Shown here piece after piece: positions 12,844-22,479 of a stretch of DNA of 64,000 nucleotides. Source of the DNA: a bacterium (GTDB lineage: Bacteria > UBA8248); assembly GCA_963692865.2 (NCBI GenBank), contig OY843592.1, positions 3,360,001 to 3,424,000 on the forward strand, in the 5' to 3' direction. The notes beneath the pieces were generated by a model. The model did not search any database and was not told the origin of the DNA. It worked only from the letters and a program-made list of their open reading frames with translations. Every line of letters begins with the position of its first letter. The stretch's first letter is position 1. A program made the position numbers and the translations under genes.

Positions 12844-13782
12844 TTAGTGAACCATACCCTTGCGCGCCCAGCCTTTATCGATGGCGAATCCCATCAACCC
12901 GCGCGGCATGAACCGGGCCACGAGGACGATGAAGATGCCGAATGCGATAAGGTGGGCCGTCGGGAACTTCACCCAGGTAATTTCCTGAACGATATACAAG
13001 ACGAACGTGCCCAGAATGGGTCCGATCACCGTTCCCTTGCCGCCGAACATTGCGAATAGCTTCATGTATATGGTTACAAGGATGAAGAACTCGGTTTCGG
13101 GGTCGATGTAGAGAACCTTGTACGCCTGAATGCCGCCGGCCGCCGCCGGGAAGATGGCGGAGAGCGCGAAGGCGGAAAGCTTGTAGAACGTGGTGTTGAT
13201 GCCCAGGCTTTCGGCGGCGATTTCGTCCTCTCGTATGGCGTTCAGGCGGATCCCGAACCTCGAATGCCCTACCCAATAGGACACGACAATGGTGACCAGC
13301 ATGACCACCAGCATGGCGAAATACGTTTCAAAGGAGTTTTCAATGTTGGGTAGTCCGATTCCCTCTCCGCCGTGCGTGAGATCTTCCCACACCGTGGCGA
13401 CCACGCGCGTGCCCTCCGCCGCGCCGAGCATGGCGATGGCGAAATATGGGCCTTTGAGGCGCAAAACCGGGAACCCGATTATCAATGAGATCACGAAGGA
13501 GACGAATACGCCCACGAAAAGGGTCGGTATCCAATGCCAGCCGTAGTCCACCACCAGAATGCCCGTCGCATACGCGCCGATGCCGTAGAACATGACGTGG
13601 CCGAACGACACGTAGCCCGTGTAGCCGCTGATGATGTTCCAACTCAAGGAAAGAACGACGTACATCATCGTGAACATAATGACGGAGCGCTGATACAGAT
13701 TGATGTTCGAGGGCAACGCGCACAAGATGATTATGAGTATGGCCAGCAATCCGAAATTACGGAGGTGTTCATTTTGGCCCAT
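12844..13782 (-). CDS. livM: LIV-type ABC transporter permease (LivM-like)
   Basis: GYTGYVSFGH, LRLKGPYFAI, AIREDEIAAESLGIN. Confidence 0.86.
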   Translation of the reverse strand: MGQNEHLRNFGLLAILIIILCALPSNINLYQRSVIMFTMMYVVLSLSWNIISGYTGYVSFGHVMFYGIGAYATGILVVDYGWHWIPTLFVGVFVSFVISLIIGFPVLRLKGPYFAIAMLGAAEGTRVVATVWEDLTHGGEGIGLPNIENSFETYFAMLVVMLVTIVVSYWVGHSRFGIRLNAIREDEIAAESLGINTTFYKLSAFALSAIFPAAAGGIQAYKVLYIDPETEFFILVTIYMKLFAMFGGKGTVIGPILGTFVLYIVQEITWVKFPTAHLIAFGIFIVLVARFMPRGLMGFAIDKGWARKGMVH

Positions 13783-13793
13783 TCAGAGCTCTC

Positions 13794-14783
13794 CTAGTTT
13801 TCTTTCGGCCCCATCAGGCCGCGAGGCCTGATCAGCAGCACGAAAACCATCATCCCGTAGGACGCAATTTCCACCATGGCGGTACCGTTGGGGATCATGA
13901 AGGATATGAGGCTCTCGATAACCGCGAGCATCACCCCTCCGATGAGCGCACCGATATAGTGGCCCCTGCCTCCAAGCACGATGATGGCGAAGGCTTGCAG
14001 CGTATACAACACGCCCGTTTCCGGGTTGAAGCCGAACTGAATCGAGACCAGGGCGCCGCCCGCCACGGCCAGCGCCGCAGCGAGTCCCGAGGTAATCATG
14101 TAGATATGGTAAATGTTGATGCCGCAGACCATGGCGACGTCCGCGTTTTGCGCCGTCGCGCGTATCGCCTTGCCGAGGCGGTGAATTTTCAGAAATATAA
14201 AGACGCTGATGGAGATGAAGGCGGCCATCACGAAGCTGATGATCTTGCTCCTGCTCACCGCGATGGTCTCGGTGAGTTGAAACGCGTCGGGAGCGTAGGG
14301 GATGGTGCGGTAATCGGTGGTAAAGATGGCTTCGACGATATGAATGATCGTGAGGCCCATGCCGAAGGTTATCAGCAAGGGCGTCAGTTCCGGCCCGCCC
14401 ACAACAGCGTTCAACAACAGCTTCTGGATGAGTAGCCCGATGACAAAAGCGATGGGAAGCGTGAGGAACAAGGCGAGGAGCGGGTCGATTCCCACATAGA
14501 AGAAGAACATCCAGGTCAGGTAGGCGCCCAGCATCACCAGCTCGCCATGCGCCACGTTGATGATGCGCATGACGCCGAAGATGAGGGTAAGCCCCACGGC
14601 GAACATGGCGTAGACGCCGCCCTGCATGATGCCGTTCAGGATGACGGTGGTCAGGTCCGCCAGCCATTGAAGGTCAAAGAAGACGTTATCCGTATAAATT
14701 CCGACGCCGAACGGTATGGTGTACGCCGCCACCAAAAACAACGCCAGCCAGTACTTACTACGGATTTCCGCTTTTTCCTGCAT
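13794..14783 (-). CDS. livH: LIV-type ABC transporter permease (LivH-like)
   Basis: GLTLIFGVMRIINVAHGE, GKAIRATAQN. Confidence 0.86.
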   Translation of the reverse strand: MQEKAEIRSKYWLALFLVAAYTIPFGVGIYTDNVFFDLQWLADLTTVILNGIMQGGVYAMFAVGLTLIFGVMRIINVAHGELVMLGAYLTWMFFFYVGIDPLLALFLTLPIAFVIGLLIQKLLLNAVVGGPELTPLLITFGMGLTIIHIVEAIFTTDYRTIPYAPDAFQLTETIAVSRSKIISFVMAAFISISVFIFLKIHRLGKAIRATAQNADVAMVCGINIYHIYMITSGLAAALAVAGGALVSIQFGFNPETGVLYTLQAFAIIVLGGRGHYIGALIGGVMLAVIESLISFMIPNGTAMVEIASYGMMVFVLLIRPRGLMGPKEN

Positions 14784-14913
14784 GAGAGATCAAGTCTCCG
14801 CTAACGACTGCACAAAAGAATCTGATACTTTTTACCTTCGCGCCGGAGCCGCTTTTATCAGCCCCGGCGCGAAAGTTCAAGTATTTATTGCATTTTCGCG
14901 TCTAATGCAACCC

Positions 14914-16110
14914 CTAGTTCTTGCCCCTGTCCTTCCAATTGGGCATCGGCAGCTTGTAGGGGACTTCCGATATCTTCTTGGGCCATACGATCTTGCGCTC
15001 GCCGTTCAATATCTGGAAGGTCAATCCCTCGTGCTGGTTCAAGTTGTTCTTATCCACTTTCCAGGGACCGATGACGGTCGTGGTCTTCATGGTGCGCAAC
15101 GCCTTCCACACCTTGTCCCGGTCCGCAGAGCCGGCCTTCGCCACCGCGTCGCCGAAAATCTGAAGGGACGCATAGGACTGACCCGCGTGGTAGTTGGGGT
15201 TCACGCCGTAGCGTTTCTTATACGCCGCGATGAACTCCTTCATGCCGGGCCTCTTGAGAATGGCCGGCTTCGGCTCCCACTGGCTGAAGCCCAGAACGTA
15301 TTCGGCCGTGTTGCCGAGCTGTTTGGCGAACTTCGGAAGGCCCGGGCCGACGGTTCCGGCGAAAATCTTGAGGTTGATGTTCAGTTCGCGAAGCTGGCGA
15401 ATCTGCGCTGCGGCGTCCGCGAAATAGCTGTTCGAGATGAGCGCTTCCGCGCGGCGCGCCTTGATCTTCTGCAAAAGCGCGGTGAAGTCGGTCTGCTTGC
15501 GCGGATAGTTCTCGTTCAGCACCACTTTGAGGCCGAGCTTCTTCGCCCATTCCACGGCGCCCTCAGCAGACTGACGCGGGAAAAGGCTGTCCTCGCCGAC
15601 AATGGCGATTCGCTTCACACCGATGTCCCTGGCGATGTGAATCGCGCCCTTCTGGTAGTCCTGGGCGACGGCGATGATGTTGAACAGATATTTGCGGCCT
15701 TTCTTCCAGATGATGCCCGAGGAGGCGCCCGGCGCCATCGTGGGGTACTTGTACCTTTCCAGCACGTTGGCCACGGCGTCGGTGATGCCGCTGGAGTAGG
15801 GGCCGATGGTCAGGTTCACCTTGTCCTGCGTGATCAGCTTCTCATAGAGCTTGATGCTCGTCTGCTTGTCAGATTTGTCGTCCAGGATGGTGAAGTCGAT
15901 TTTCTTGCCGAGCCACCCTTTTCCGGCGTTCACCTGATCCACATACAGCTTGTAGGAGTTCACCATACGTCCGGCGGGCTCGGCGTAGCGGCCCGTCTGC
16001 GAAATGGCGATTCCCAGAGAGACCTTGTCCATCGCGTAGCTTTTCTCCACGAAGGGAGCAGCCGAGAGGGCGAGAGCAAAGCCGAGAATCAAAACCAGGC
16101 TTTTCTTCAT
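14914..16110 (-). CDS. LIV-family substrate-binding protein, paralog 1
   Basis: Signal peptide, DDKSD, GPYSSG; ATG 16110 chosen by alignment to paralog 2. Confidence 0.88.
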   Translation of the reverse strand: MKKSLVLILGFALALSAAPFVEKSYAMDKVSLGIAISQTGRYAEPAGRMVNSYKLYVDQVNAGKGWLGKKIDFTILDDKSDKQTSIKLYEKLITQDKVNLTIGPYSSGITDAVANVLERYKYPTMAPGASSGIIWKKGRKYLFNIIAVAQDYQKGAIHIARDIGVKRIAIVGEDSLFPRQSAEGAVEWAKKLGLKVVLNENYPRKQTDFTALLQKIKARRAEALISNSYFADAAAQIRQLRELNINLKIFAGTVGPGLPKFAKQLGNTAEYVLGFSQWEPKPAILKRPGMKEFIAAYKKRYGVNPNYHAGQSYASLQIFGDAVAKAGSADRDKVWKALRTMKTTTVIGPWKVDKNNLNQHEGLTFQILNGERKIVWPKKISEVPYKLPMPNWKDRGKN

Positions 16111-16281
16111 TTCTTTACACTCCTTTAATCCTTTAATGGAAACAAAAAATACTGCCATACAACAGAGAAACAAGATGAAATTACTGCTCACACGTTAACG
16201 GCAACAATAAGATTCTTTCTTCGCGAGAAGTTCAACTTCACGAAGTGATGGATACGCATTTTAGCCGTCAATAACGGCGAT

Positions 16282-16309
16282 ATGATACGCATATTGTTTC
16301 ATATGTCAA
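16282..16309 (-). promoter_or_regulatory. sigma70-like promoter upstream of binding protein 1 and the transporter genes
   Basis: TTGACA-16 nt-TATCAT. Confidence 0.5.
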
Positions 16310-16363
16310 AGGGGGTTTTGCAAAGAATTTGTGAAAACCCTTCAAATCGTTTTTACCACGGCG

Positions 16364-16402
16364 AAAATCCCGCCCCGCGCGAAACCGGGCGCGGGGCGGG
16401 AT
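16364..16402 (-). terminator. Intrinsic terminator after binding protein 2
   Basis: ATCCCGCCCCGCGC/GCGCGGGGCGGGAT 14-bp stem with T-run on the minus strand. Confidence 0.7.
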
Positions 16403-16445
16403 CAAGCGATTGTGCAGGAAAACTAGTTTTATCCCTTAAGCTGCT

Positions 16446-17642
16446 CTAGTTCTTGGCCCTGTCCTTCCATTTGGGCATCGGCAGCTTGTAGGGAACTTCC
16501 GATATCTTCTTGGGCCACACGATTTTGCGCTCGCCGTTCAATATCTGGAAGGTCAAGCCCTCGTGATTGTTCATGCCGGTTTCATCCACTTTCCAGGGAC
16601 CGATGATGGTCGTGGTGCTCATGGTGCGCATCGTCCGCCATACCTTGTCCCTGTCAATGGAGCCGGCTCGTTTCACCGCTTCGCCGAAAACCTGCATGGA
16701 CGCATAGGACTGGCCCGCGTGGTAGTTCGGCTTCACGCCGTAACGCTTCTCATACGCCGCGATGAAAGCCCTCATGCCGGGCCGCTTGAGGATTTCCGGC
16801 TTCGGCTCCCACTGGCTGAAGCCCAGAACGTACTCCGCCGTGTTGCCGAGCTGCTTGGCGAACTTGGGCAGGCCCGGGCCGACGGTTCCGGCGAATATCT
16901 TCATGTTGATGTTGAGCTCGCGAAGCTGGCGAATCTGCGCCGCAGCGTCAGCGAAGTAGCTGTTCGAGATGAGCGCCTCCGCGCGGCGCGCCTTGATCTT
17001 CTGGAGCAATGCTGTGAAGTCGGTCTGCTTGCGCGGATAGTTCTCGTTCAGCACCACCTTGAGACCGAGCTTCTTCGCCCAGTCCACGGCGCCTTCCGCC
17101 GACTGGCGCGGGAAGAGGCTGTCCTCGCCGATGATGGCGATTCTCTTGACGCCGATGTCCTTGGCGATGTGGAGCGCGCCCTTCTGGTAGTCCTGGGCGA
17201 CGGCGATGATGTCGAAGAGATACTTGCGGCCCTTCTTCCAGATGATGCCCGAGGCGGCGCCCGGCGCCAGCGTGGGGTACTTGTATCTTTCGAGCACGTT
17301 GGCCACGGCGTCGGTGATGCCGCTGGAGTAGGGGCCCATGGTCAGGTCCACCTTGTCCTGCGTGATCAGCTTCTCATAGAGCTTGATGCTGGTCTGCTTG
17401 TCCGACTTGTCGTCCAGGATGATCATGTCGATCTTCTTGCCGAGCCAACCACCCTTGGCGTTCATCTGGTCCACGTACAGATGGTAGGAGTTCACCATAC
17501 GTCCGGCGGGCTCGGCGTAGCGGCCCGTCTGCGAAATGGCGATCCCCAGCGTGACCTTGTCCTTCGCATGGCCTTTCTCCACGAAGGGAGCAGCCGTGAA
17601 GGCGAGGGCAAAGCCGAGAACCAAAACAAGGCTTTTCTTCAT
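16446..17642 (-). CDS. LIV-family substrate-binding protein, paralog 2
   Basis: Near-identical to paralog 1 over most of its length. Confidence 0.88.
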   Translation of the reverse strand: MKKSLVLVLGFALAFTAAPFVEKGHAKDKVTLGIAISQTGRYAEPAGRMVNSYHLYVDQMNAKGGWLGKKIDMIILDDKSDKQTSIKLYEKLITQDKVDLTMGPYSSGITDAVANVLERYKYPTLAPGAASGIIWKKGRKYLFDIIAVAQDYQKGALHIAKDIGVKRIAIIGEDSLFPRQSAEGAVDWAKKLGLKVVLNENYPRKQTDFTALLQKIKARRAEALISNSYFADAAAQIRQLRELNINMKIFAGTVGPGLPKFAKQLGNTAEYVLGFSQWEPKPEILKRPGMRAFIAAYEKRYGVKPNYHAGQSYASMQVFGEAVKRAGSIDRDKVWRTMRTMSTTTIIGPWKVDETGMNNHEGLTFQILNGERKIVWPKKISEVPYKLPMPKWKDRAKN

Positions 17643-17736
17643 CTCCTATACTCCTCTTATGGAAGTTCAAAAGTTGCGCCGCCATCATTATACGACGCGC
17701 TACGGTTGAACAACCTTCGCCATACAAGCCGCCTTC

Positions 17737-18930
17737 CTAGTTCTTGGCCCTGTCCTTCCATTTGGGCATCGGCAGCTTGTAGGGGACTTCCGCGATACTC
17801 TTCGGCCAGACGATCTTGCGCTGACCGTCGAGAATCTGGAAGGTCAGGCCGTCATGATCGTTCAGGTTGTTCTTGTCCACCTTCCATTTCCCCATGATGG
17901 TCTGGAACTGCGAGGTGCGCAGCGTCTTCCAGACCTTATCGCGATCATACGAACCCGCCTTCTGAACCGCCTGGCTCATAATCTGCATCGATACCCAGGC
18001 GATTCCGGCGTGGTAGTTCGGCTTCACTTTGTGACGCTTCACGTACGAGTCGATGAAATGCTCCATGCCCGGGAACTTCAGAATTTCGGGCCGCGGCTCC
18101 CACTGGCTGAAGCCCAGCACGTATTCCGCCGTGTTGCCGAGTTGTTTCGCGAACTTGGGCAGGCCCGGGCCGACGGTTCCGGCGAAGATCTTGAGGTTGA
18201 TGTTCAGCTCTCTGAGCTGTCGAATCTGGGCCACGGCATCCGCAAAATAGCTGTTCGAGATGAGCGCATCCGCGCGGCGCGCCTTGATCTTCTGAAGCAG
18301 CGCGGTGAAGTCGGTCTGCTTGCGCGGATAATTCTCGTTCAGCACCACATCGATGCCGAGATGCTTCGCCCAATGGACTGCGCCCTCGGCCGACTGCCTG
18401 GGGAAGAGGCTGTCCTCGCCGACGATGGCGATTCGCTTCACGCCGATTTCCTTGGCGAGAAAAACGGCGCCCCTCTGATAGTTCTGGGCGATGGCGTTCT
18501 GGTTGAAAAGATATTTTCTGCCTTTTTGCCAGATGATGCCGGAGGAGGCCCCCGGCGCCAGCGTGGGGTACTTGTACCGTTCCAGCACGTTGGCCACCGC
18601 GTCGGTGATGCCGCTCGAGTAGGGGCCGAGCGTGATGTCGACCTTGTCCTGCGTGATGAGCTTCTCGTAGAGCTTGATGCTGGTCTGCTTGTCCGATTTG
18701 TCGTCCAGGAGAGTGACTTTAATTTTCTTGCCCAGCAGACCGCCCTTGGCGTTTAGCTGATCGACGTACAGCTTGTAGGCGTTAACGAACCTGCCGGCCG
18801 GCTCCGCATAACGGCCTGTTTGGGAGATGGCTCCGCCGAAGTGGATTTCGTTCGCAGCCAGGGCCGGACTCATGAACAACGCCGTCGTCACCAAAAATGC
18901 GACTGTAATGAAGATGCGAGTTACTTTCAT
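17737..18930 (-). CDS. LIV-family substrate-binding protein, paralog 3
   Basis: Shares VLNENYPRKQTDFTALLQKIKARRA and GPYSSGITDAVAN. Confidence 0.88.
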   Translation of the reverse strand: MKVTRIFITVAFLVTTALFMSPALAANEIHFGGAISQTGRYAEPAGRFVNAYKLYVDQLNAKGGLLGKKIKVTLLDDKSDKQTSIKLYEKLITQDKVDITLGPYSSGITDAVANVLERYKYPTLAPGASSGIIWQKGRKYLFNQNAIAQNYQRGAVFLAKEIGVKRIAIVGEDSLFPRQSAEGAVHWAKHLGIDVVLNENYPRKQTDFTALLQKIKARRADALISNSYFADAVAQIRQLRELNINLKIFAGTVGPGLPKFAKQLGNTAEYVLGFSQWEPRPEILKFPGMEHFIDSYVKRHKVKPNYHAGIAWVSMQIMSQAVQKAGSYDRDKVWKTLRTSQFQTIMGKWKVDKNNLNDHDGLTFQILDGQRKIVWPKSIAEVPYKLPMPKWKDRAKN

Positions 18931-19074
18931 GTTCTATCCTCCTTTCAAGTAAAAAACATCGAAACTTACGGCGGAAATCCGCCCTTTCTTCAAATGCTTC
19001 CAAAGCAGGATGAAACGAAGCTCTATATGCGCAGCATCAACGATACGCGAAACGTATCGGGGGTCATCTTCACT

Positions 19075-20262
19075 TCAGCGCTTATTTCTCTCCTTCCATC
19101 TGGGCGTCGGCAGCTTGTAGGGAACTTCCGCGAGTTCCTTCGGCCAGACGATTCTGCGCCTCCCGTCGAGAATCTGGAACGTCAGGCCGTCCCGATCGTT
19201 GAGGTTGTTCTCATCCACCTTCCACCTCCCCATCACGGTCTGGAACGCCGAAGCGCGCAGCGTCTTCCAGACCTTTTCGCGATCATGGGAACCCGCTTTC
19301 AGAATCGCCTGACTCACTACCTCAATCGCCCCGTAGGCCATGGCGACATGATCGCTGGGCTTCACCCCGTGGCGCTTCTCATAAGAGGCGATGAGTTCCC
19401 TCATGCCCGGAAACTTCAGGGCGTCGGGTTGCGGCTCCCACTGGCTGAAGCCCAGAACGTACTCCGCCGTGGGGCCGAGTTGCCTGGCGAATTTGGGCAG
19501 GCCGGGGCCGATGGTTCCGGCGAAGATATGGAGGTTGATGTTGAGTTCGCGAAGCTGGCGAATCTGCGCGGCGGCGTCCGCGAAGTAGCTGTTCGAGAAA
19601 AGCGCGTCCGCGCGGCGCGCCTTGATCTTCTGAAGCAGCGCGGTGAAATCCGTCTGCTTGCGCGGATAGTTCTCGTTCAGCACCACCTTGATGCCGAGTT
19701 CCTTCGCCCACTCCACGGCGCCCTCGGCCGATTGACGCGGGAAGAGGCTGTCCTCGCCGATGATGGCGATTCGCTTCACCCCGATTTCCTTCGCGATGTG
19801 CAGGGCGCCCTTGTGGTTTTTCTGGGCTACGGCGTTTTGGTTGAAAAGGTATTTTCGGCCCTTCTCCCACAGCCCCCTGGAGGAGGCGCCCGGCGCCAGC
19901 GTGGGGTATTCGTGCCTTTCAAAGAGGTTGGCCACCGCGTCGGTGATGCCGCTGGAATAGGGGCCGAGCGTGAGATCGACCTTCTCCTGCGTGATGAGCC
20001 TCTCGTAGAGCTTGATGCTGGTCTGCTTGTCCGACTTGTCGTCCAGGAGAACCAGTTTCACCTTCTTGCCCAGCAGACCGCCCCTGGCGTTTTGCCGGTC
20101 GGCGAACAGGCGATAAGCGTTCACGAACCGGCCCGCCGGCTCCGCGTAGCGGCCCGTATGGGAGATGGACCCGCCGATGGTGATTTCATCCGCCGCCCGG
20201 ACCGAAGCGGCGAGGAGCGTCGCCGTCACCAAAAACGCGATGGCGATGAAGGTTCGAGACAC
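19075..20262 (-). CDS. LIV-family substrate-binding protein, paralog 4
   Basis: Same conserved blocks; GTG start. Confidence 0.85.
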   Translation of the reverse strand: MSRTFIAIAFLVTATLLAASVRAADEITIGGSISHTGRYAEPAGRFVNAYRLFADRQNARGGLLGKKVKLVLLDDKSDKQTSIKLYERLITQEKVDLTLGPYSSGITDAVANLFERHEYPTLAPGASSRGLWEKGRKYLFNQNAVAQKNHKGALHIAKEIGVKRIAIIGEDSLFPRQSAEGAVEWAKELGIKVVLNENYPRKQTDFTALLQKIKARRADALFSNSYFADAAAQIRQLRELNINLHIFAGTIGPGLPKFARQLGPTAEYVLGFSQWEPQPDALKFPGMRELIASYEKRHGVKPSDHVAMAYGAIEVVSQAILKAGSHDREKVWKTLRASAFQTVMGRWKVDENNLNDRDGLTFQILDGRRRIVWPKELAEVPYKLPTPRWKERNKR

Positions 20263-20475
20263 TTTCTTTCTCTCCTTCGAAGCTTGGAAAAATATAAAAA
20301 CCGGCGACGGCGCGCCCGCCGCATCAGGCGATTCCGAAACAAACGCAGCGAGATTATCGGTATGCCGCCATCAACAAAACGCGAAAAAGCAATATCCGAC
20401 AAAGGACGCCAAACGCCGTTCGTCGGCGCGATTCATTGGAGGAATGTGTAAATTCTAGCCGGAAGGGGGAAAATG

Positions 20476-20937
20476 TCAAACGCGCTGATTCTGCGCTTTT
20501 TGAGGTTCCGCCGTCTCCGCATCGACCGCGCATCCCTCCACCCAAGACACACCACTCTCGCCGTATTCCTTCTTCCATATCGGCACGATCTGCTTGATGC
20601 GGTCGATCGCGTAGCGGCACGCCTTGAAGGCCGCGTCCCGGTGGGCGGAGGCCGCCGCGATGCCCACCGCGATATCGCCGATTGCGAGGGCGCCCACCCG
20701 ATGGGCCATCGCCAGGTGCGTGACGCCGAAGCGCTCTTCGATCTCCTCAGCCACCTGGCGCATCTTCTTCTCCGCCATCCCAGGATATGCATGGTATTCG
20801 AGGTGCGTTACCCCCTGCCCCGCGCTATGGTTGCGAACCTTGCCCACGAACGTGCAGAGTCCGCCGAGTTCGGGAGAAGCGAGGCTGTCCGCCAACTCGT
20901 CCATGTCGATGGCGGAATCGGTGATGCGGCAGATCAT
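20476..20937 (-). CDS. moaE: Molybdopterin synthase catalytic subunit
   Basis: FVGKVRN, LEYHAY, HRVG, VPIWKKE; ATGA overlap with moaD. Confidence 0.93.
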   Translation of the reverse strand: MICRITDSAIDMDELADSLASPELGGLCTFVGKVRNHSAGQGVTHLEYHAYPGMAEKKMRQVAEEIEERFGVTHLAMAHRVGALAIGDIAVGIAAASAHRDAAFKACRYAIDRIKQIVPIWKKEYGESGVSWVEGCAVDAETAEPQKAQNQRV

Positions 20938-21185
20938 GCGCAACCTCCGCTGATGGGTGGAATCAGCGCCAGTTCATCGCCCGCATCCACGGGCGTGCCC
21001 TCGCCCGCGAACTCCTGGTTGACGGAGACGGCGATGGACTCCATGCGTCCGGAAAAAACCGGGAACCGCTCGGCGAGGCTGTCCCTCAAATCGGCTACCG
21101 TGGCGCTTTCGGGCACTTCGAGGTCGATTTCGTCCTCTCCCGTCACCTCTTTAGCCCAGGCGAAGCATTTGACGCGAACTTTCAT
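20934..21185 (-). CDS. moaD: Molybdopterin synthase sulfur carrier
   Basis: VSVNQEF, IPPISGG followed by a CA extension. Confidence 0.9.
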   Translation of the reverse strand: MKVRVKCFAWAKEVTGEDEIDLEVPESATVADLRDSLAERFPVFSGRMESIAVSVNQEFAGEGTPVDAGDELALIPPISGGCA

Positions 21186-21318
21186 GCGATTCCTCACTCG
21201 TGATTCCGCGATTCATGATCTCACCCCGGGATGATAGATATTCCAACCGGCGGAATCAAGGGGTCGCCGCGCCGGCTCGTTCTTCTTGTCCGTCATTTTC
21301 GGGTGTATACTCCGCGCC

Positions 21319-22479
21319 ATGAAAATCGCCTCTCATCCCGAACTCTCCAAAGCCCTGACGGATGCGCTCGAAGACGGCCCCATCCCCTTTCGCCGCTTTA
21401 TGGAACTCGCCCTCTATCATCCCGGAGGCGGCTACTATCGCCGGGAAAAACCGCCGATCGGCCCGGACGGGGATTTCTACACCTCTCCCCACCAAAGCCC
21501 CTGGCTCGGGCGGATGATCGCGCCGCTCATCGAGAAAATCAGGCGGCGCATGGGAGAGTCGCCTCGGCTTCATGTTTGGGAATACGGCCCCGGAGAGGGA
21601 TGGCTCGCCTTCGATATTCTCGAGGCGATCCGATCCTCACAGGCGGCCCTCCACCAAGCCATGGTCTATACGTTCGCCGAGCAAAGCGCGCAGGCCAGGG
21701 CGCGGATTCGGGAAAAGTTCCAGGACTCGGACGACGTTCGATTCGCCGACGCCTCCCGATATCCGCCCGAAGGCTTCGAGGGCGTCGTGCTCGCCCATGA
21801 GTTCCTGGACGCCCTGCCCGTCCACGCCCTCATCCGGAAAGAGGGGCGTCTACAGGAAAGATACGTGGCGCGGCGAGGCGAGAGGCTCATTTTCTGCGAG
21901 GGCGCGCTCTCGGATGAACGCCTGACCGGCTGGTTCTCCGAATTGGGGGTCCGGCTCTCGCCCGAGCAGACGGCGGAGGTGAACTTGAGCGCCATCGACT
22001 GGATGAGCGGAACGGCGCGCCGGATGGAGCGGGGCGCCGTTATGCTCTTCGACTACGGCTTCTCCGCGCGCGTCCTCTACGGCCCCGCACGCCCCGACGG
22101 CGCGCTGCGCGGCTACCGAAACCACACCCTCGTGAGCGACGTGCTCTCACATCCCGGAGAAACCGACCTCACCACCCACGTCGACTTCACCTCCATCCTG
22201 CGGGCTGCTGCGTCGCAAGGCATGGAGCTTGCGGGCTTCACCGATCAGACGCGCTTTCTTCTGGGCGCGGACCTTCCCCGGGCGGTGGAGAACATGAAGG
22301 ACGGGGACGATGAGACGGCGAGGCGCGAGCGCCAGTCCATCATGGGGATCATGGACCCCACCGGCCTGGGCGGGGCGATCAAGGTGATGCTGCTTTCCAA
22401 GAACCTGAGCCTGAGCGATTTGAGCGAATTCTCGATGAAGCCCGACGACAGGGAGTCTCTCGAAACCCTCTTCGGCTAG
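21319..22479 (+). CDS. SAM-dependent methyltransferase, MidA/NDUFAF7 family
   Basis: FMELALYHPGGGYY, GDFYTSP, EFLDALP, DLTTHVDF. Confidence 0.88.
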   Translation: MKIASHPELSKALTDALEDGPIPFRRFMELALYHPGGGYYRREKPPIGPDGDFYTSPHQSPWLGRMIAPLIEKIRRRMGESPRLHVWEYGPGEGWLAFDILEAIRSSQAALHQAMVYTFAEQSAQARARIREKFQDSDDVRFADASRYPPEGFEGVVLAHEFLDALPVHALIRKEGRLQERYVARRGERLIFCEGALSDERLTGWFSELGVRLSPEQTAEVNLSAIDWMSGTARRMERGAVMLFDYGFSARVLYGPARPDGALRGYRNHTLVSDVLSHPGETDLTTHVDFTSILRAAASQGMELAGFTDQTRFLLGADLPRAVENMKDGDDETARRERQSIMGIMDPTGLGGAIKVMLLSKNLSLSDLSEFSMKPDDRESLETLFG

